DNA from: Seison nebaliae
Taxonomy: Eukaryota
Length of the DNA stretch: 64,000 bases
Direction of reading: 5' to 3'
Assembly (NCBI GenBank): GCA_023231475.1
Contig: JALJEE010001312.1
Coordinates: forward strand, 1-64,000
Positions 27,852 through 42,555 of the stretch are shown piece after piece. The position numbers were made by a program, and so were the translations under genes. The notes beneath the pieces were generated by a model. The model was not told the DNA's origin. It did not search any database and was given only the letters and a program-made list of their open reading frames with translations. The stretch's first letter is position 1. Each line of letters starts with the position of its first letter.

Positions 27852-30800
27852 TATGTCAGATCACATCAGATCAAATATGTACGAGAGAGAGGGAAAACGA
27901 ATTTACAACTAAACACGTATTTGACACAAAATAGAACGCAAAGAATACTTTAACAACAGTCTGAGTGAAAGTCGAATTATAAAAAGATTCGATGAACATC
28001 AAATAATTTTATTTCTTTCATTTGATCTCTAGTCAATGATTAATTAAGAAGAAAGAGATATATGATCATTTTAATTTTCATCGATCAAATCTCCATCCAA
28101 AATAATAAGAAATGATCCTCAATTTATTTCTTTGAGAATGGAGAAATAGATAAATTATATTTCTTTTTTTCTACTTTGTCCAAATTTATTTCAATATTTA
28201 TGTGATTGGAAAACAATAAAAATGAGAGACCCATTTACTATCAACCAATTTATTTTATTTTTCATAACATTCTCAAAATTACAAAAATTATTTCTGATAT
28301 TACCATTCTCCTTTTTTTACTACCATCTTATCTCATTATTCTTTTTTTGGTTTTTGAAAAATGTTTTGAACGATTCATTCACAATATCATCATTTCTAAA
28401 GACAAAACACTTAACCTTTTCTTGCAACGTTTGAATGTTTTTCTATTGTTATTTTACTTATTTTAATAAACCATATTCGATAAAACTTATCAGGATGTTC
28501 GATCATAGTTGGTAATTTTTTGACATTCTTAACTCCTATTTTCAATAATTACCCAAAGAATGAAAATAAAGATTATGAGAATAATAAAAAAGATTATGGG
28601 AAACTTAGCATTAATCAATGTAGTAGTAGAAGTGGATTTATGTTCTTGGACTATGTTCTTCGTTATTTGAATGAAGACAAAGCTATCCCTTAAATATGAA
28701 AGATCTAGTTACCTTACGTCGTTGCATAAACTAATATAATTGTTGACTCTGCATCGTTCTCTCAGAAAGATCAACTTTTCCTTTCGACGTATCGCACTAC
28801 TTCTCATGCAAACAGGAATATTTCGTCACACCATTACAAAGTATTTTGATGTCAACAGGGAACGGATTACTCTCGAATATGTTTCTTTCTTGCCTTCCTA
28901 CTTGGTCTATCATATTTCTCAGTTATTTATTAATATACATTTTCAATTACTTTGCATCATATTACATCATTACAAATATCATATAGAACATTTAGAACTC
29001 GATTTTTTTTCATTGAAATTCCGTTTTTGAGTCTTCTAACAGTAAGACTTTATAATTGTTTCTGTTCTCTCTTGGAGCCATCTTAATTCGTTTATTTCGG
29101 TCTACAATTGGCATATTTTGAGATTAGTTTGCTACTTCCACTAAAGAAGCAATATTTTTTAAAATGTTTATTTTTATATAGTATATAAAAATAAATATAT
29201 ATAATATAATATATATATATATATATAAACAACCAATATATAATATATACCAAAAATAAATTTATTAAAAAATGTTAAAAATAAAAAAATGCGTTATGCT
29301 TAAAATTAAAATGCTTCGAATTAATGAGTTTAAAACAACTTAGTAGGTGGGACATCTTCTTAATGCAATTTGTGAATATAAGTTCAAAGAGGTTTGGATT
29401 ATTATTATTATTATTATTATTTATTACTCACAAATAGTGAAGGAAAATTCCCATGAAAGATAAAATATAAAATAGGTTAAACCAAAGAACAAAATTAAAA
29501 AAAAAAGAGAAAGGAAGAAAGGAAAAGTTATGTCACGAACACTCATGACGAAATTTTAGAGTACTGTAATAACCGTACAAGGTGTTCCCGTTCAAAAACT
29601 CCGTTTCATACTATTACAAGTTTCATAATACAGCCGAAGATAGTTCAGAAAGAATCTCCACAGATTTGTGGGAATTGTATTTGGCTAACGGTCTACTGCA
29701 TCTCCGCTTCATCGGAAGAATATCGCGAAAGTTCTAAATATATCTATGCCTTCACCGACTATTCATCATCATCATCGTCATCATTGAAATGGCAAATGAT
29801 GATAATGCGGAAGGAGAAAAAGAAGTTGAGAAAGAGGTATCAGAAATATATCATGATATATCATTCTCGTCTGCAGACGAGAATATTCGACATCATATTA
29901 GATAACCAATGTTTAAGGACTTCAGTAAGTTTGCAGAACGACCGAAAGGTTTGAGGCCTTTTGAGAAAGGTTACCATTGGAAAGAGGAGAGCGATTGTTC
30001 TCACTCTCGTTATTACGATTAGCTTCTGAATTCCGTAGAATTCATGGTTTCATTGTTTTATTGTGGAGAAAAGAATAGCCGGAATAGATATAAGAAAAGA
30101 GATTCATGAACCAAAAATGATAATGCTCTATCCTTAGTTTCCGAATTGCAAGTTTTCGAATAACGTCGTTTAATTTTCCTATAAGTTTCACCATTGAATA
30201 AAGCATATTTTATTGTACTTTATTTTAATAGATTGGTTATATAATTCTTGGACACATTCTTATGTATATAGTTATACTATATTATCTTATACTATTCGCT
30301 GTTCTTTCAAGATAAAACGATGATAAGTAAATAGGTAAATTGTTAGGGTTTACACAAGGATTTTATCAGCAACTACGATATTCTGTCAAATTGATGTTGA
30401 TCACTATGTAGAATCAGAATAATCACATAAATCCTAAAGTTTCAAATTTTAGAACACCACACACGAAAATGCCACTACATGTACCAACGAAATTAAAGAT
30501 ATTTGAATATTATTATTATCGCTTTCGATTACTAGCAACAGATATTGTTACAATAGAAGAACTGACGTATGAAGTTGATGTGATTTAAATGGTTGAGTAT
30601 TAATTATTAAAATTTTTCATTCAATTTATCAATTTGAAAATTTTTGATGAGAAAGATGAGGGCTTAATTCGGCATTATTAACTCTAACAATCTAACAAAT
30701 CTATAAATTATAACCAATGAAAAATTCCCAGAATTTGTTCAAATGAGATAATGAACCAGAAACTTGACAGCCAATAATTCATTGCATTTAAATTGGAGAA

Positions 30801-32481
30801 TTAGCGGAATTGTACGACAATTATTCGTTTGACTTCACATTTGTTTGATTAACATCAATTACTGGTTGACAACATCTGATTGTTAACATCCGATATTTGG
30901 GTGATCAAAATGCAAAAAAATAAACTTGTATTCTGAGCAAGTGAACTTTACTTTATGAATCTTCACTTTGCTTCAATATGTTTGACATATCTATAATTTA
31001 TCTTTAATTTCTTCAGTTGGTTGCAATTCCGTTCCGATTATTAGAGGGAAATAAGACATATAAATCAGATGATTTTTCCTGCAATATTATCATTATTTGG
31101 AATAATAACAGCTTGTTTCGTAGAATTCTTTTTTTCTTCTTCTTTCAGAATCAGTTATAGGCAGTGTTTATGAATTGTTAATATGAATGAAATATCGACA
31201 ATTATATTGACATGATTTACACTGACAAGTTTTTGTGAAATACTATCGTTAATTGATATCGACTATATTTAATTATTTTACAATTATGATTCATAATTTA
31301 ATATCATCTTCAATTATTTAATTTATGTGTATTTAACTGAAAAATTTTGAAAAGAAAATAGTTTCTCGTCTTGAAATCCAATTTTATTATTTATATATTC
31401 TTTATGAAACTATAATTCTTTATAATATTCATGAACAGGATGGCATTGCGTCGTCATCATCTTCAATATTTATTTAGATTGTTTGCCAACAATTAATATT
31501 AGTTCCGTCCCAAAATACGAAATTTTAGAAAGTTTGGAGTTTTCATCAGAAAAAGAGTCTCGTTGAAAAATATGGCAATAACTCATTATTAGGCACTCTT
31601 CTTACAAATTAGAGACTTAATGAAAAACGAATATCAGAAAAGTTGTGACTAGTGGGTGGAGCTCTTATACGCTAACATATTTCTCTTGCTAATCATCGTC
31701 CAATTATGTAATTACTTTATCAGTTAGGTAGTTAATAGACGAAATAAGTACAAAAATTAAGTCTGTAAAGCAGGAACAGCCGAAAAATGTTTCAAAGAGT
31801 TTCAATGTTTTTAGATCGAATTTTACTTCCCAATTCTATGACACATACGTCGTATATGAAGTTGATGAAAAAATCTCACTATATGAACAAAATGGGAGGA
31901 AATTATGAAATTTTGAATATATTTCTCATGCATTCTTCAAGATTCATTGCTTTAAATGAATCGATCATGCGATTGTTCGTTTCATGTAACAACGGAAACG
32001 ATGATTCAACTTAAATAAAGTATCGCCTCCACAATGTTTATCTAATGCGTAGTAGTTAGGGGAGAATATTGAGAATAATTTTATTGATAGTGGGTGATTC
32101 CTTCATGTAATTATTATTATGATCAATATCTTCTTCCTTTCTAAACGAATCGAATTCTTATCTGACTATTTCATTCACACTCAAAATATCCGGTGAAATG
32201 CCTTTTCTTCTTCTACTATCTTTTCTATTGATGATAAGATGACGATAGTAAGAATATCATCTTCCTCTTTCGATACCCATATTACCAATTCCTCAATGAA
32301 TATAAATTAGTTAGCATGATCAATTGAAATTATCAAAAAAAAATTTCTTGCTGGAAAAGATATTAGGAAATTCAATATTATTATCATTTCAATATACGAT
32401 TTGTGATTATTTCATTTAATATTCCTTCAGATTACCTTTTTCCGTCACCTTTTCATTTTCTTTATTTCATAACAGTAAATC

Positions 32482-33413
32482 ATGTTGTTCGTCAACTTTT
32501 TTCTATTGTATGTCATTTTAGCACTTTCATGGGAATCAGAAGCAAAAGGTTTAATTTACCTTTTTCCAATATTCGTTCATACATAACTTTTGTTTTAATT
32601 TCCTACCATATCTTTTTGTTAGATGACGGCCAAAAACGAGGTGGATGGATGATGCCTTATGGTAGGGATTTGGAGAATGTGGAGAAAATTATTAAGAACG
32701 ATCTAAATAATCTTCTATTAAGTTCGTATTTATTTGATTAATTTTGAATCGAATTTTTTCATAAATTTCTCAGAATCTAAGAGAGGGGGATGGATGATGC
32801 CTTATGGAAGAGACTTATCTAATCAAGGTACTATTTTTTTCTTGAAATTTTATCTAATTCCATATTTGGTTAGTTAAAAGAGGAGGATGGATGATGCCTT
32901 ATGGACGAGATCTTTCCTTACAAACTTCTCGTCGCGCCGACATAAGTTTGAGTTTTGGTTGAACTTTTATTTTCTAAATTTTAATTGTTAGAAATGCCAT
33001 ACAATAATGCTTGGACCACACTGTATGGACGAGAAATAAAAGAGAACAAAAGTTTTCTAATTTTTGTTTATTAATTTTATATCATAAAACATATATATTC
33101 AGAAAAACGGACAGAGAGTTATAGTTATGATGTAAAGAATGCAGATGAAACTTTGAATGTAGCGAAAAAAATGGCCACTGCTCGTAATGTTTGGAATACT
33201 TTAGGTCGTGAAAGAAAAATCGAGTTTCTGGCTAGGCTGCTAGCTCGAGCAGAGAACGAAGATGAGTTGATGAATGATATAAAGAACGATCAGAAACCAA
33301 AAGAATTGAATGTTATTCTGAACCACCAAAGACCAAGAACCTTTAACGAATGGTTATCTGGTTTGGCAGATCCAACAAGAAGCGGTTGGTCTATTGCATA
33401 TGGACGAAAATAA
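32482..33413 (+). CDS. Neuropeptide precursor, Wx3Yamide-type, 6 exons
   Basis: Signal peptide MLFVNFFLLYVILALSWESEA; 3x KR-GGWMMPY-GR, NAWTTLY-GR, R-NVWNTL-GR, R-SGWSIAY-GRK*. Exons 32482-32548, 32623-32721, 32774-32827, 32874-32945, 32992-33051, 33103-33413. Confidence 0.9.
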
Positions 33414-34125
33414 TCGGAGAGATATATTCAAAAAAATTATAAATGTTTCTTTTTTCCATCTCACCACAAATTAAGGGGAAGGTTTGACTCCTAAAACATT
33501 CCCACCATAATACTAGTCATCGAAAAAGATCGAAATATTATCGGATTGGAAGTAATTATGATATTTTTTAATTTTATGAAAATTTATCATTCTTCTGTAT
33601 TGCGAAAAAAATAATTTTTTCTAATAAAAGTTTCTTCGATTTCTTATTAAAATTTCTCACTAATAGTATTATCTGCTTAATGACTCGCAAGTCTAACGGA
33701 TCGTTCTCTGGATGAAAATTTACAGGTTTGAAAACAAACAAGAAAAATGGTTCTTTTTGCTCCATTGATAAATTCTATGATATTGATCTATTATATGACC
33801 TATGATGAATTATGATTAATAATATTTAACTAAAGGTCGTGAAAGACTACTGATTTTTACCTGCTCATGGCGAGTTTATCCATCGTATACAAATAAGATG
33901 ACAAATTCACCGAAATAGAGATTATTGTTGAGTAACTGGAAAATATAATAGTTGAATCATCATTTCTTACTACATTCAGCTAGAACAACTATTCAATTGT
34001 CAAATATGCATATCCAAAATAATTAAGATTAAGGAGAATAACAATAGGGTGACTGAAAGAATCGGCTTTAAGGCCGTATTAAATGAATCGAATAGGCTCA
34101 TTTACTTCGAATTAAATAAGTTGAA

Positions 34126-35881
34126 TTACAAAGATAAGCGATTGATTTTATAAACAAGTGTTTCCATACATTGTTCGGGATTGACATTGACACCAAACGT
34201 AGCAGCTAAGTTTAACATATTCGCTGTTAACAGTTCATTTTTGTACTGCAATTGATATATTTGGTCTTCCAACTTATCTCTTTCACTCTCCTCTACTTCG
34301 GGTTGTTTCTCTTCTGTTGCCAGTTTCTTTTCTGCCATTTTCTTTCTAACTTTAAGCAATTCATTTTCTTTTTGGGTTTTTCGTACCTTTATCCTTAACG
34401 ATATATTCTCATCAAAAACTGATATATATGCATTCGCTTTGTATAAAGTCGTGAGGAATGGAACGTAATCACTGCCGTTAGCATTTGTAGCTTTCTCTTG
34501 ATTGACGTAGGTCTCTAGTTCCTTTGAGACATAATCGTATTTTTTCCTCAAATCACTTAAATCAATTTTCAATTTCACATTCTCCACAACCGCTTCGCTC
34601 CATGTTTCATTTTCATTTAAACTTTTAATTAGCGATTCTAACATAATAACTTGATCTTTTATTTTATTATTTTGCTCAGTCAACTGCATTTTTTCAGTTT
34701 CATATGTTTGTATTATCATTTTGAGATCAGCTTACATGAAGAAGAATTTAAATTTAATGTGTCTACTAGAAATTATTAACCGATTAAACTGCTCGAAGGC
34801 TTCTCCAATTTAGTTTTGATAAAATCATCGATAATTACTTGATATTCAACTGATTTTTGACACACCACTATGGATAAAAACTTGTTTAACATCGCCTTGT
34901 ATCGATTACATTTTACCAACAATCTAGAATTGTCTTGATGAGCATTTTTAAATTCTAAAAATTGCCGGTGATATTTGTCGGAAATCTTATCATTCTCATT
35001 TTCTAATTCTTTCGTTAATTTATAAAGCTTATTAGAGACATCCGATTCTTTACCATATGTTTGCAGTATATGTTGTATCATCTCCTTCCAAATATCCTGT
35101 TTTAATTGAAAATATGTATTAAGGAAAATATATTTCAAAAATTCTAGATTTTTAATAGCAATTGTCAAACGATTTGATCTTGTGGCGTCATTGCTCTAGA
35201 AAACTGGTTATGCAAATTCGGTAAATTTGCTCCACTTACCAAATTTTGGAAGGTGTCAATATTTGTCTTTCTTTCTGTAATCAAACACATGTCAGTAGCT
35301 AAATCTTTTAATCTTTTGTGTTTGGAACAAGTTTCGTTGTTTAAGAATCTCAATCGTTCTAGTTATGATAGTAAAGAAATAATATAATAAGTTTTTAGGT
35401 AAATCATTAAAACCTTCTACTTTGTGAAGTGTTTGAGGAAGTTCTGTAATTACATTATTTAAATATTTGATATGTTCTTGAACTTTATTTGAAATGAAAT
35501 CATTATGGTTTGTAGCATAAAGCAGTAGTTTCTCAATCATCACATTTCTACTAATTTTCTTTTCTTCAAATTTTTTGATTTCTTCATTGACTTTATTTAT
35601 CTGATCAATATTACAATCTTCTATATTCAAATGTTTTAAGTTTGATTTGATATCTAACAGAACGAAAAAAATAAAAATATAAATAAAAATATTCATTGTA
35701 TTCAACCTGCTAATTTTTCTATTATGTTGTTTGCTAAAAAATTAAATTCTTCAGATTGGTTACCTAATTTACCTTCGACATCAGCCATTAGATTGTTCAT
35801 GGCGGTAATCTTTCCATAATATTGATCGTCCAGCGTCTGATGGAAATTCTTTGTCAATTTTCCACAAATTGAATTATCCAT
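34126..35881 (-). CDS. Uncharacterised coiled-coil protein, 5 exons
   Basis: MDNSICGK start at 35881; four short GTT..AG introns link ORFs 35292-35705, 35165-35353, 34776-35168 and 34126-34719 in frame; heptad-like E/K/L/Q composition. Confidence 0.7.
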
Positions 35882-36399
35882 TTTTTAACAATTCAATAAT
35901 TTGATTTAGATTTGAAATATGCATTTTTTCATTGTTTTATAATCCTATTTAATACAAAAGTTTCAATCACAAATAGTTTCAACACATTGTTAGGCAAAAC
36001 AAACAGTTCTTTAGTTATTTTAACATTTGTTTCAGATATTATAACATTTGTTATAGTATGCTCCCATCAGTACGAACAGGCTTGAAATAATCAATTGAAC
36101 GGAAATGCGAAAAATGAGTGGAATCGAAATGCGATCAAACAGTGTACAGGAGTTACGAAAATATGTTAATTGCATGAAAAGCGGACATTTCGCCTTGAAT
36201 TGCAATTCTAGTAATTGCTGCCCAAAAGAGAAATGATAATGCAATCTGGCTAAAAACCTCAATCGTTCCTGGCCACCAAAAAAATGACAAATTGCTCAAC
36301 GTTGTTTCATTGTTAATAATATTAAGTAAGTAAGAATGCGACACGGAAGACTTATACGTCTTGCAAGTCAATAGAGATTTAGAAAAAAATAAACTTCTT

Positions 36400-37330
36400 G
36401 AAAAAGGCGAATTTAAATGTCAGATTCATCAGCATGGGAGTTAAGTGCATTGAATGCGCGAAGGTAGTGTTTCTTGAAGCAGACATTTATTAATGCTACT
36501 TCCATTTCGTAAAAAATATATCATTTTTGGAAAGTAAATTTGTTAGCAGAAATGAAGAATTAGTATGTGTATAATGAGGTAATGTATTACCTGGTAATGG
36601 ATTGATCAGATTTTTGTAAAGACAAAAGCACCATCATGAAAAAGTCGAAAAGATTTATACGTATTTTAAAATCTTCTACACTGCGTTTCATAAATTGTGG
36701 AACATAGAAAATTTAATGTATGAATGTAAAGCTCTAAAAAATAGTTTCATGCATTCTGGGGCATATTAAAAATCTTATTTCATAATTAATCCAGCTACCT
36801 TTTACATCATTGATTGTTAGTTACCATTTAGGTAATGAGTTATATAGGTTAATAACAACATATTTTTCCTAATTTTTCCATTCTATTTGGATTTTTTCCA
36901 ATAATTGATCGACATTTTCAAAAACCGTATTTTTTTGAATACCCTAAAGATACCTTTTAAGATACCCCAAATGTTTACAATAGGAATTAGATCACAGGAA
37001 CGTGCTGTATGCTCAGAAAAATTTCAACCCATATCATTAATTTTATCCATTGAGTATCTATATTTATGGATAGATGTTAAATTTTTCTGGAAAATAAAAT
37101 TATTTCCTTTGAATTCCAGCATATATTATTATTTATTCAGAATACAATCCAAATTTTGGGTAATTAAGAAATAGAAACTAAATTCGCAAAAAAATTGGTG
37201 AGACCGAAAAAATTATTATTCTGATAGTCGAAAAATTGCCCACGGCCAAGTGGAATGTGAGAGAGGAGAGCATCCGGTACATATTCATCTACTTTGAAGC
37301 GAATAAACATATTTCTGGCATCAGATAAGG
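36400..37330 (-). mobile_element. Highly decayed non-LTR retrotransposon (LINE) RT/3' remnant
   Basis: Fragmentary minus-strand motifs in the expected order (CLFA ~37305, KHLGYL ~36970, RAFNAL ~36450), broken by stops and frameshifts. Confidence 0.35.
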
Positions 37331-37388
37331 ATGAAGGATATATAATTTGATAATAAGAACAAAAATAATGGAGTGGAGAATTAAATTG

Positions 37389-37660
37389 TTAACATTGCAG
37401 AAATTCCGGAAACGGAAACGGCGATGTCAAAATGTTTTCCGACAACGAGAGATACTTCTCAAGCAGAACCCCCGGAAAAAGAGGTAGTTCTACAATGGAA
37501 AACATCAGAACTCTGCAAAAAGGTCTAGGATGACCGAGTAAGATTCGAATGCACCGATTATACGCTTTGTCTAAGGAGTCTATGGATTTATTGGAAATAC
37601 CAGGGCTGCTTGGAGTCCATAGAAACCGCAACAGAAGGTAAAGAACAATTTTATCTTCAA
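37389..37660 (-). mobile_element. LINE ORF2 C-terminal fragment
   Basis: LFFTFCCGFYG, then (frameshift) LDKAYNRCIRILLGHPR..LMF..LPLF, resembling the post-RT YG..W..L..AYN..R.LL..PR..MF pattern of non-LTR elements. Confidence 0.55.
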
Positions 37661-40600
37661 TTTGAGAGGGAGATATTTACATCTATGATGAAAGGAGTAG
37701 AAGCTTCTTATGAATTTACGACAAATGCTGTCAACAAACGAAGAACTTCTTTTCCTTTTATCGATCTTTACCGAATCAAACTCGTTCGATGCATCCAGAT
37801 GAATGTAATATTTCCGAATATCTATGTTTTACAATTTTTCCATGATCTTAATGAGACAATTGGAAACACAAATCGGACGGAATGATTCGACCTCATTTTG
37901 ATTTTTTTTCTGATTCTTGGGAACTGGTACCACTAAGAATGATCGTATATCCTATATGATTATTTTTCTTTCTTCAACATGAATATAATCAAAAATACTG
38001 AATACAATTTAGAATATTTAAAATGAATTATCTGAAATAGGAAAGAGGAAATAAAAAAATTTAATTTCATTTTAAAATTTTGGTGGAAATTTTATGAAAT
38101 CTCGAAACTTTAATTTCCTGTTCTACAGGTTTATTCTACTCGTTGTACTGACTCAAGGGAATTACGATTTAGCGAATTTTTGAATGTTCATTTTCATGAG
38201 AATTATGAGAAGGGGACACGTTTGAATCAATATTGAGAAGATATTTGAATTCCATGTGGAGATAGAATGGAACGACACGAGACAAGAAGATCGATAGTAG
38301 TAGCAGTTGATTAGGGAATTTTATGAATATTAACAGATGCTTTATTTAGAATGGGAATATTAGAGAGAATTGGAGGAATTATTTGTCGGATAACTAGATG
38401 ATTTATTATGAAAAGGGCAAACTGAAGGAGAGAATGGAAGCAATATAACTTATTTTCCATTTAATCGTCCAACAACTCAAAGTGCAACCGGCAGAGATGA
38501 TGGATACGATATTGATGAATATGATTGAGAGTTTCAAATAAAATTCCTACCTTTCATTTGACTGTGTGGGGAAGAAACATTGTTGTCAATAAGTATTCAA
38601 ATGGAAGAATTACATGAAAATGGTAGTTCTTTCCATTCATTGGGGATTTTCTATCGTTATATCATTCTCATGATGTAAATGTCATACTAAATTAAATGTA
38701 ATTGATGAACGAAGCGACAATTGAACGAAATTCAACATTAAAAATTCTTTATATTATATCCAGACCCAATTTATTTATTTTGACGAATCGTTATCGTATA
38801 ATTGCCATGTACCGTTCCAACGGTGATTATTATTAGCGATATCACAACTATTTCTCGTTCATTGGTAGAGGAAATCTGAGAGAAATTTTGTTTTTCCCAA
38901 TTTTCAAAAAGAGGAGAAAATCCTTAATTATGATAATACTGATAAGATTCCCGTTAGAATTCCTTCATTGACATTCAATTCTCATTTATGACTAATTATG
39001 GAGTGAGGTGGTTCCTCCAAATTGCATGCTATCGCCCAAAATTGGGATCATCATATTCTTCATCATCTTTTCTATTTATCTTCACCTTCTCCATCGAATT
39101 ACGTATTCATTCGGTCGATTATAATGTAATTGACTGAAAGTTTTCAATTTGATTTCCATCTTAAATGAAACTGATGATAATTCTAATTTTTTAATTGGGA
39201 ATTTTAGTTTCGAATAACATCATATTCTAATCGGATTTGTGTCAAATATCATTATAATTTCATTATTTTATTCTCATACGAAAAATATGAGAAAATTCTT
39301 TCAAATTCTTTTCTACATATTATTATTATTATTATTATTTATTGCTCACAACATATTGAGAATTGAATGAGGAAATATTCGGTCGAATATGAAAATATGA
39401 ATGAAATCAATGGGAATCAACTGTAATAAATAATATATATTTAAAATTAATTTGATTCACATTTTGAATGAAATGAACTTGAAATGTTGATAACTGTTTG
39501 AGGTAAGAACGGTATCATGTCATGTAGATATATTCGTCGAATGAAGTAAAGAAATTTAGTTCATTAAATTGTTGGTGGAGAATTGTCGTAATCGATTGTC
39601 TATTTGATTGATGGAAGTGGCGATTCTTCAGACGTTTTAAGGGAATATTAATTAATTATTTTAAAGAAAAAAAGGAAACAGTTTCGCTGATAAGTTCATT
39701 TAGTTGGAGATGTGAATGACGGCATGTTAATCGACTATTGTGATAATTATCTGTAGGCGATCGTGCAGAACTTGTGAAGAGGAATATTTGAAGGGGAAAC
39801 CAATCACCATAATATGGATGTCATAATTCTATTATAATTTGTTGACATTAAATGTTCAGGAAAGAAACGAACAATATTAGACAAATTTTATGAATGAGAA
39901 AAAAAACAATTTCTCCAATTGCCAATTGTTGGCGGGTTGTGGAAACGATTTCCCCGAATAATTGCTTCAATAAAAATTCATGAAATTTCCAATTTTCTAA
40001 AAAGAGGTTGATGGTTAATGATTTCGGGGAGAATGGGATGAGAGGAGTGAGGGGATGGAATTGAATAGAAGAAGAGAATGATTATTGATGATTAATATAA
40101 GTTGGATGCATAAAAGAAAGAAGGAAGATGAAGAATGAGAATAAATTAGTTAAAATTAAGAATCACTAAGTATTTATGTAGTTAATTGAAAAGTGAATGA
40201 GTAGCGAATGAGCAAGAGGGGGTGGGCAGGCAAGAAAGGCGCTTATCCCCATTTCGTCTTCATTTTAAATTGTTTAGAGAAGAAGGAAAACAATTTGTCC
40301 TCTCGGCGAGCATATGTGAAAGAAACCGTCAAATTGAACAAAATCCCTGGTCAATTGTAAGGAAACAAATTAAAGAAAGAAAAGAAAAATTTTCGTTCTT
40401 TTTTTTTTGTGAGAAAGAATGAGTATAAAGTGCAACAATCGAAAATCTGCTTTCAACAACAATAAATGGACACCACGACATCAGGATTTAAAATAATTCT
40501 TCCATTCTACATATATGTTCGATATATGCGCAGTTAGAACAATCGATAATAATAAGAAGGAGGAATTCTTTATTGAGAACTATCCGATATTATAACAATT

Positions 40601-42555
40601 ATTTTGGGAGGGAAATGAAAGTCGCTAGTTAGTTAGTTAGTTGTTAGGTATGTGCAGATATGTCCCATCGAATAGTTCATGTTCCAATTCAATTTTCTTA
40701 TTACAATTCTTGTTTTATTATAGCAATATTCTTCTTATTAGCGTCCTTTCCATCGACATCGACAGATTCCGCATAGAATAAGTAATGAAGGTAGAAAGTT
40801 CCCTTATCTTTCCTTCTTTCTTCTACTATCATCATACACTTCCATTAATTCCTGCACATCTCCATATATATATACATATCTTCTTCGCCCCTACTGGAAT
40901 GATGATAGTTGAGGCAATTTATTAGAGTGAAAGAAGTTGGAATGATCGGGAAGATTCTCGTTAAATTTCATCATTTCCAAATCGAAAATCATCATTTGAA
41001 CTGTGAGTTCATTTAGTCGGGTGATTCCGTCCGGCTGTCTGTGTACCGTAATAATGGTACTAAGTACGCTCTGGGAGAAAGTAAGTGTTGGGGAAATGAT
41101 AATTTTTGTTATTCTTCTAATTGTTATACAAGGCAATTTTTGCACATGGCGAAAGAGGAGATTGTCCCTGACTCTAAGTCCATAAACCGAAAATAACACT
41201 ATATTCTCCTCAAAGATTGTAGTCTCTGTTTTTCTAATTAAAAAGAAGAAGAAGAAGAAAATGTGGCCATTTAACATTTCACGCACGTTCAACATGAACG
41301 AAATATATGTGCAAATTCCCGTGCCGTCTACGTCTATTTGGAAGTGAAAGACTTCCCCGAAATAATGATATTGTCCGAAACGAATTCGCCATAACAACCG
41401 ATCATTGGATGTTTTTATTTCATCTCGCGGCCAACTGGATCGTACTAGATTGTTCCATTACCCAATTGACTAATGTATCAATTGACTTAAATAAGCAATC
41501 ATCACAAATATGATTATTTTAAGCGGTGATTCGTTTCAATTCTTTTCCTTTTTTTTTCTTCCACCATTTTATTTTCCTGCATTACAAACTGTTTCGTCTT
41601 TTTAGAACCCGAGAATCTGTAGGTCAACAGATCGATGACACTCCTACTCATGTCACGTAAGTGGAAAGTTGAAGGAATTCTTTAAAAATCATTTGAGAAG
41701 TAACTGATTGATCTTGCTATTGTTCTTGTTTCTCTTCTTTTTGTTGTTGTTGTTGAGAATAAATAAAACTTTGTCGATTAGGAGGAATAGCTACTGTATT
41801 AATGTCGATCATACTTCCTCTTGGGCGAATGCATAAACGCTAATTTCGTTGTATGAAGACTTGGCGGAGTCTAATGAATTTCCGTTGTCCTTATGCATGG
41901 TTATGTGCAGTTGCGTACTTAATCAACAATCATTAATCATAATGATCTCCAACGACATTCTCTTGACTATTGACAATGTGCTCGTATTAACTAATAATCA
42001 TTTTCAAATGTATTTTCTCAGAAAACATTTTAAATGTCATTTCCGAAATCCTTTCCTTCACCATTGCTCCCCTCCCGCTGGATTCTCCCTCCCCACTTTC
42101 TCCACATCACATCATTGAGATCGTATCATAAATTCATCGAATCTTTTATTTTAAATAAACATCATTATTTATATTATCCAAATCACTCATTCTCATTCCT
42201 TATCATTTCTATTCTTTCTCTTCTTTTTTATTTAACTTTCTTCGTCTTGCATCATTTCACCTTCTCCTCTACAATCGCCCAATATCTCTATATTTGTTTC
42301 ACAGTTGTCGATTGTCCACCTTCCCAATCAAAAAGACGAATAGAATAAACAAAGCTAAATAAATTTTAACAGGAATAACCATCGTTCATGATGTATATGT
42401 GTGAGGAGGAGAAACAAAAAAAACATTCTCCAAATCTAATAAATTTTTCAATTACTTCTAATTAGATTGTATTTGGAGTCATGATATCGACCAGTTCCAA
42501 GTAGCTTATGATCGAATATAATATATTCATCACTCCACCATTGTGACATGACGTA

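Noticed and set aside
28740..30060. Possible transposon remnant (TACAAGGTGTTCCC mariner-like end; locally higher GC)
   Set aside because: No partner terminus or recognisable protein motif.
40222..42348. Short ORFs upstream of eag
   Set aside because: Non-ATG starts, F/I/L-rich AT-biased composition and no motifs; more likely UTR or regulatory DNA.
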